A stretch of 60,097 nt of DNA from a virus. Lineage: Duplodnaviria; Heunggongvirae; Uroviricota; Caudoviricetes. The notes beneath the pieces are model-generated. The model had not been told where the DNA came from. It searched no databases and saw only the letters and a program-made list of their open reading frames with translations. Shown in pieces: positions 55,566 through 60,097 of this stretch. The first letter of the stretch is position 1, and the number at the start of each line of letters is the position of its first letter. Made by a program: the position numbers and the translations under genes. The DNA is taken from positions 1-60,097 of the IMG/VR virus record IMGVR_UViG_3300020045_003677. One strand, given 5' to 3'.

Positions 55566-57779
55566 TTAATTATCGTCCAGTCTAAGTACATCAAAATCAT
55601 CATCAAACCTTGGTCTACCTGATGAGTCGATCCATCTCACTGGAGATTCTGCAACTGGTGCTGTCTCATCAAATATGGTCTTAGGACCTACTGGAAGTGC
55701 ACCAAATTGCCTTCTACCAAATTCATCAGTGTAAAATCCAAATAATTCGAATCCTTTTGTCTCATCTCCTGATTCCTTAGATGCAACTCCCATCATATCT
55801 TCGTCTGCTAATTCGCACAAACCCATGGCCACTACTAAGTCAAACTTGGTACGGTCTTCTCTCTGATAATCACGTAGTTGTTCAAGTAAATCTAGAAATA
55901 ATATGTTTTGATAGTAGTCTTCGATATACTCTTTGATCTTACCATCCTGGTGATCTATTACACCTGGAGCGGCTGTAGTACCTATAAGGTTGCTCTTTCG
56001 TAACCCAAACAATGCATCCTGCCCGTCGCCGGCCGAAGACATTGCTACCATCGGACGTTTCATTAACCTGTGATATTGTTTGCATTCTCTGAAGTATTGT
56101 ACAATACCAATCCTTGTGTACTCGATGTTTACTTCAGCATCATAGTACATTGATAGTTTAAGTGCCTCCTCGTAATCCCACCTAACATCAAGACTACGTC
56201 CTAAGTACTTAGCAACGTACAAGTTAGATGTCTGTTTGAAATACTGTCCATCAACAATTCTTTTCTTTACAAGCATAGCAAGTGATGACCTGTTCTTTGT
56301 AGACGTAGAGTCTAACACACCTTGGTCAATACTATCTATACCGGCAACATATAGTCCTTTGAACCCTATGTTACCGTCCGGTCCTCTAAATGGATGCTCG
56401 ATTATCTCGATGTTTCCTTCAGGGTTTGGTGACCATTTAACACCCTTGATAGTTCCGGATGGGGATTTAATCCATTCTAAGAACCCCTTCTCTGGTTTCT
56501 TAATATCTGGAGTGAAGTTAATCTTACCCCATTGCTCTGCTATCTTTCTCTGGTTGAAGTTGTTGGTACCCATCTTTCTGAATACCTCTTCGATTGTATA
56601 CGGGTACTCCTGAGTAACTTTGGAGTGAATCTCCATGTCATCCCGGGTACGCTCACGCTCCTCATCTAAGAATTCCTTCGACGATACGTTGTCGTTAACT
56701 CCTGTCTCTTCCCAACCTTTACCCCCAAGTAAATAGTGAGCCGGCAAGAAGAACCCATGCTCTTTTCCAAAGTCATGTACCGGTAGGATATGGTACGAAC
56801 GTGGTTTATTAAAGATATCCTTGGCCTGGTCCGACTTAACAGATCCACCAGTACCGATCATAAACACACGACATTTCATAATAGATCCTACACGCCATGA
56901 TCCTAAGGACGCACCAATACAGGATTTCAAGTCTCCTGCACCACTACTCCAGTCACCAATCTCTTCAAGTAACTGAATATCCGGACGAGATCCCCTGGTA
57001 ACCCCTGGGTTATCACCATACACAATACGTTGTATACGTGACCTAGGGCCCTCTTTATATTTTACACCATCTCTAACAACCTCTTGTCCAGACTCTATAA
57101 GACCTTTAGTATCCTGTAACCTAGACAATGCTAGTGTCGGATGTACTTCGGCTATGGAGTCCATCATAAGTCTTAGTTTATTAAAGGCTTCCTCCGCGTG
57201 TGTTGCATTAGATGCCGATACTATACCGTGACTCTTTGGTTTGAGATGATAAGTTTTTGCAATGATAGATAGGATAGAGTACGTCTTACCACTACCACGA
57301 CCAGACATCCATGTGAACGCCTCGTTACTAAAGTGTGCTTCCTCTATCAATTTAAATATATAATCATGCATGTATGAGAAGTATGGGAACTGAACGTCGA
57401 ACTCATTGGTTATACGTCCTTTCTTATTCTTCTTTGCTACAAGGAACGGTGTAAAGTTCAATAACCAATAATGATCTCCGGTTACCCTATACCCTCTCCA
57501 TTCAAAGCCATGCACACACCTTGTTAATTGTTCTTCATACCACTCTATATTCTCTAAAGAGTCTAATGGTACTGGTGGTGGTGTTCTGCCCTCGAAAAAT
57601 TTCTCGGGCAGTTTACTACCCCACATATACGACTCAATCCCTAACTCTGAGGGCCTCTTACCTGTGTATCCTGTTTTCTTGCGTAACCACTCACTCTCTT
57701 GTCTAAGTTCATCTGCACGCGCACACATTTCCAAATCAGGTATCCATATCTTTGAAATACCATCTACATTTTCCTTCAT
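55566..57779 (-). CDS. terL: terminase large subunit
   Basis: Walker A GRGSGKT, Walker B QLLEE, motif III IGTGG, and RNase H-like nuclease residues AGIDSID...DLVVAMGL. 737 aa. Confidence 0.95.
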   Translation of the reverse strand: MKENVDGISKIWIPDLEMCARADELRQESEWLRKKTGYTGKRPSELGIESYMWGSKLPEKFFEGRTPPPVPLDSLENIEWYEEQLTRCVHGFEWRGYRVTGDHYWLLNFTPFLVAKKNKKGRITNEFDVQFPYFSYMHDYIFKLIEEAHFSNEAFTWMSGRGSGKTYSILSIIAKTYHLKPKSHGIVSASNATHAEEAFNKLRLMMDSIAEVHPTLALSRLQDTKGLIESGQEVVRDGVKYKEGPRSRIQRIVYGDNPGVTRGSRPDIQLLEEIGDWSSGAGDLKSCIGASLGSWRVGSIMKCRVFMIGTGGSVKSDQAKDIFNKPRSYHILPVHDFGKEHGFFLPAHYLLGGKGWEETGVNDNVSSKEFLDEERERTRDDMEIHSKVTQEYPYTIEEVFRKMGTNNFNQRKIAEQWGKINFTPDIKKPEKGFLEWIKSPSGTIKGVKWSPNPEGNIEIIEHPFRGPDGNIGFKGLYVAGIDSIDQGVLDSTSTKNRSSLAMLVKKRIVDGQYFKQTSNLYVAKYLGRSLDVRWDYEEALKLSMYYDAEVNIEYTRIGIVQYFRECKQYHRLMKRPMVAMSSAGDGQDALFGLRKSNLIGTTAAPGVIDHQDGKIKEYIEDYYQNILFLDLLEQLRDYQREDRTKFDLVVAMGLCELADEDMMGVASKESGDETKGFELFGFYTDEFGRRQFGALPVGPKTIFDETAPVAESPVRWIDSSGRPRFDDDFDVLRLDDN

Positions 57780-57802
57780 ATTGTCATTGTTGATTTGAAG
57801 AT

Positions 57803-57964
57803 CTATTTACTCTTCACTTTGCTACCACCTGGAGCCATGTTCTGTACTGGTGTCTTTTCTAGTTTAGAAGGTTTCACTAATATACCTTTACGTTTAGTTG
57901 ACCAGCCCATCTTATCTTGAGGACCGTCACCACAAGTGGCACATGGTTTTGTCTTTAGGATCAT
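57803..57964 (-). CDS. small basic CxxC protein, 53 aa (below track cutoff)
   Basis: MILKTKPCATCGDGPQDKMGWSTKRKG...NMAPGGSKVKSK; ATGA overlap with the upstream stop; fills the gap before terL. Confidence 0.6.
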   Translation of the reverse strand: MILKTKPCATCGDGPQDKMGWSTKRKGILVKPSKLEKTPVQNMAPGGSKVKSK

Positions 57965-58551
57965 TTCGAAGTTGATTTAAATGTGTTTACCTTTCCAGTA
58001 GTCAGAGGAGACAGCCCACCACGAAGATGTTTTGGTACTGTTCCTTGTACAATCATAGATACTATTGAGGCCTTTGTTTGAATTAATGATACGATATCTT
58101 CAAGTACGTTGTTTATAATCTCTATGTTGGTAGTATATGAAATGCTGTCAACACCTTCATTCTTTTCTATCCTTGGAGTAGTCTCAAGAAGCATAAACCT
58201 AAACTGATCCATCTTCTTATCGTAGGCGTAGATGTCTTTCTCATCTTCCTTTACGATCTTTTTGTTGTAGCATTTAATGGCTGCCACTGTGAGTTTATTC
58301 CACTCTTCACCAAGTTCTTTTTCAATATTGTAGCAGTTGTTTCCAAATGCTATCAGAAGAGCTTCCTCTTGCCTATGTAGATAGGTTACATCCCTTATAG
58401 GGTTAGCATGAGATAGATCACACAATAGGTATACGTATAGTAAAACCTTGTTGCCAATCTCATTATCTTTTTTCAGTATGTCTTTGAACTCCTTGTATTC
58501 TAGCGAATCCGGATCCACTACTGTACCACTTTTGTATAGCATGAATTTCAT
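57961..58551 (-). CDS. hypothetical protein, paralog B (terminase small subunit candidate), 196 aa
   Basis: LLYVYLLCDLSHANPIRDV and C-terminal RGGLSPL motifs are shared with the upstream gene. Confidence 0.6.
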   Translation of the reverse strand: MKFMLYKSGTVVDPDSLEYKEFKDILKKDNEIGNKVLLYVYLLCDLSHANPIRDVTYLHRQEEALLIAFGNNCYNIEKELGEEWNKLTVAAIKCYNKKIVKEDEKDIYAYDKKMDQFRFMLLETTPRIEKNEGVDSISYTTNIEIINNVLEDIVSLIQTKASIVSMIVQGTVPKHLRGGLSPLTTGKVNTFKSTSK

Positions 58552-58553
58552 TT

Positions 58554-59162
58554 CTACACCTCCCTATCTATGAATGATGGCAGGGCAATGTTTCCACGGC
58601 TCAATGGCGATAGTGTCATTTGACCCCTAACACGCTGAGTCATAGCCTCTCTACGCACTGCTGCTATAACATTTATCTTAGCTTTCTTCACCATGTCTAA
58701 CTTCTTCAGACCTTTAGTGATTATAGCAGAATTAGTTACGAACGTAACTACTCCATTCTTATTATTCTCAACCGTCTCCGGCATAGTCTCTTCTAGCGCC
58801 TGGCGCAGTTCCTCAGCCTTTATATCAAAGGCCTCAAGAATTCTTTCTTCAGCAATCGTGTTATACTTTATGAAACAATCGATAGCCGGCTGTAGAACTT
58901 TTAATTCTTCTTTAGAGAACTTGTACTCCCTATTCTTGAATGCATAGAACTTAGCCTCTTCCTCCTTCTTGGCAATGGTTACATCGCGTAGAGGGTTTTC
59001 TTCGGTTAAGTCACATAGAAGAAATATAAAGTAGAATAGTTGGTGGGCCTTAACCTTATTGTTTGAGGTATCCCATTCCCATAAGTCTCTGAATTGCTTG
59101 AACATGAAGAATACTTCATCTGTGACTATTCTTTCTTTTCTAAAAGTAAATCGTATCGCCAT
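58554..59162 (-). CDS. hypothetical protein, paralog A (terminase small subunit candidate), 202 aa (start corrected to MAIRFT)
   Basis: FYFIFLLCDLTEENPLRDV and RGQMTLSPL motifs. ATG at 59162 follows the stop at 59164. Confidence 0.6.
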   Translation of the reverse strand: MAIRFTFRKERIVTDEVFFMFKQFRDLWEWDTSNNKVKAHQLFYFIFLLCDLTEENPLRDVTIAKKEEEAKFYAFKNREYKFSKEELKVLQPAIDCFIKYNTIAEERILEAFDIKAEELRQALEETMPETVENNKNGVVTFVTNSAIITKGLKKLDMVKKAKINVIAAVRREAMTQRVRGQMTLSPLSRGNIALPSFIDREV

Positions 59163-59163
59163 A

Positions 59164-59370
59164 TTAAATTCTTTGTTGCTCGTATTGTTCTCCACACTTG
59201 GTGCATGTAAGTAATACATACACAGGGGTTTCACCATAGACGAATCCATCCGACTCATGCACACATGGTGGTGTTGCTTTAACCCCTTTTGGTAAAGGGG
59301 ACTTCCCGAGTATTTGAGAAATCCCCTCCAACAAAACTTCTTGACTGTCTTCAAAATTATTTACCGACAT
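59164..59370 (-). CDS. small Zn-ribbon-like protein, 68 aa
   Basis: C-x-H ... CTKCG motif; tiles between neighbouring genes. Confidence 0.55.
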   Translation of the reverse strand: MSVNNFEDSQEVLLEGISQILGKSPLPKGVKATPPCVHESDGFVYGETPVYVLLTCTKCGEQYEQQRI

Positions 59371-59593
59371 GTACTAAATCCTTAGTATTGAATCTCTTTT
59401 CCTGATACTCCATACTAGTGGTAAACCAGAAGCATGTGATACCGAATAAGATAGGCTTATTCTCTTTGAACTGCGAGTCTGAGTCGCGAAACGACGTCTT
59501 ATCTACTGTCTTAACAACCATTTCCGGTACATTAGCGATATCTTGTTTCAAGGTCACTACATCTCCGGGTGTGAAAAATACTTTATCTTCCAT
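59357..59593 (-). CDS. DUF2158/YodC-like small protein, 78 aa
   Basis: FTPGDVVTLK...PEMVV...ITCFWF pattern. Confidence 0.65.
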   Translation of the reverse strand: MEDKVFFTPGDVVTLKQDIANVPEMVVKTVDKTSFRDSDSQFKENKPILFGITCFWFTTSMEYQEKRFNTKDLVHVGK

Positions 59594-59634
59594 TATCTAT
59601 TTCATTATTCATTTAAACTACCATCAGAGTTTAA

Positions 59635-60096
59635 TTACTTCTTAGCAGCAAACCCATTCTTATCGAATCCAGGTTTACCTTTATTTGCTTGTCTTAATAA
59701 ATTTGCTTTAGACTGAGCCGCTTTAGCAGCAGCGTCTTGTTTGTCCTGTGGTAAGGCAGAGAAATGTTCCTCGATATTATCAGATAGCTTCTTACTGTAG
59801 TATTTTGTACTATCAGCAGTAACTGTACCACCAGTCTTCTTTAGTACACCCCCGCATTTGCAGTATAGTACACCACCCATAGACTTCTTATCAGGTTTAA
59901 GTTGTGGAAACTTACGGTATACTGCTGCTTTAATTCCACCTGGGTTAGGTGCATGTCCAGATAGTTTAATTGCTGCTTTACCATGAGCTACATCTGGAAT
60001 TGGGTATGAACCCTTTGGAGCACCACCGGACGGGCCGGCATATGGCCCAGTTCTCTTAGACCCATCTGCAAATGTTTTCTTACCAACGTTAGACCC
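59635..60096 (-). CDS. C-terminal 153 aa of a basic protein with a YPIPD-x-AH (DUF6582-like) domain and tandem xxGG tags (5' end outside window)
   Basis: The frame of the track's 81-aa ORF stays open to the right edge: ...YAGPSGGAPKGSYPIPDVAHGKAAIKLSGHAPNPGGIKAAVYRKFPQLKPDKKSMGGVLYCKCGGVLKKTGG... Confidence 0.7.
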   Translation of the reverse strand, partial: GSNVGKKTFADGSKRTGPYAGPSGGAPKGSYPIPDVAHGKAAIKLSGHAPNPGGIKAAVYRKFPQLKPDKKSMGGVLYCKCGGVLKKTGGTVTADSTKYYSKKLSDNIEEHFSALPQDKQDAAAKAAQSKANLLRQANKGKPGFDKNGFAAKK

Positions 60097-60097
60097 A

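Noticed and set aside
49735-56848. Short alternative-frame minus-strand ORFs 49735-49953 and 56666-56848
   Set aside because: They are nested within longer conserved genes and have no independent motif or start context.
55566-57779. Intein or group I intron in terL (common in crAss-like phages)
   Set aside because: ORF is continuous, with no intein splice motifs or LAGLIDADG/HNH insert recognised.
58554-59354. 266-aa version of the paralog A gene
   Set aside because: The first 64 codons overlap the 68-aa Zn-ribbon gene in another frame. The paralog alignment and gene tiling support a start at 59162.
458-59645. Numerous plus-strand ORFs in the track (e.g. 458-955, 8691-9059, 13747-14139, 46283-46690, 56236-56613)
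   Set aside because: All lie antisense to long, coherent minus-strand genes, have Ser/Pro/Val-rich shadow composition and show no recognisable motifs.
1-60097. Stop-codon reassignment (known in some crAss-like phages)
   Set aside because: Genes are full length under the standard code, TAA, TAG and TGA all occur as terminators, and there is no suppressor tRNA in the array.

Overview
This 60 kb window is the late/virion-morphogenesis block of a crAss-like phage (Crassvirales-like podovirus, probably infecting a Bacteroidota host). Every credible gene lies on the minus strand, and the plus-strand ORFs in the track are antisense shadows. In transcription order (high to low coordinates) it holds: small basic/Zn-finger genes; a paralogous gene pair; terminase large subunit; a free-standing PD-(D/E)XK endonuclease; an 11-tRNA array; a tandem double-GroES co-chaperonin; portal; about 25 kb of fibre/decoration genes (three fibres >1000 aa, two beta-propeller decoration-like proteins, a permuted NlpC/P60 enzyme, an SGNH hydrolase); a tyrosine recombinase; scaffold-like protein; major capsid protein; ring/auxiliary structural proteins; two IHF-like genes; a 1722-aa muzzle/tail-stabilisation protein; a lysis pair; and a cluster of internal cargo/ejection proteins. 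The block ends in a giant ORF that runs off the left edge and is missing from the ORF track. The standard genetic code reads all genes intact. The most notable unexplained signals are: (i) a short recurring basic-x-x-GG peptide tag on otherwise unrelated cargo proteins (candidate capsid-targeting or processing signal); (ii) a repeated intergenic TTACTATAAT motif unlike the Bacteroidota TAnnTTTG promoter; (iii) an 8/4-type tRNA-Ser and two mini tRNA-like RNAs in the tRNA array; (iv) a tyrosine recombinase next to an apparently foreign SGNH gene bounded by an imperfect direct repeat. All family assignments come from motif recognition and synteny, not from database searches.
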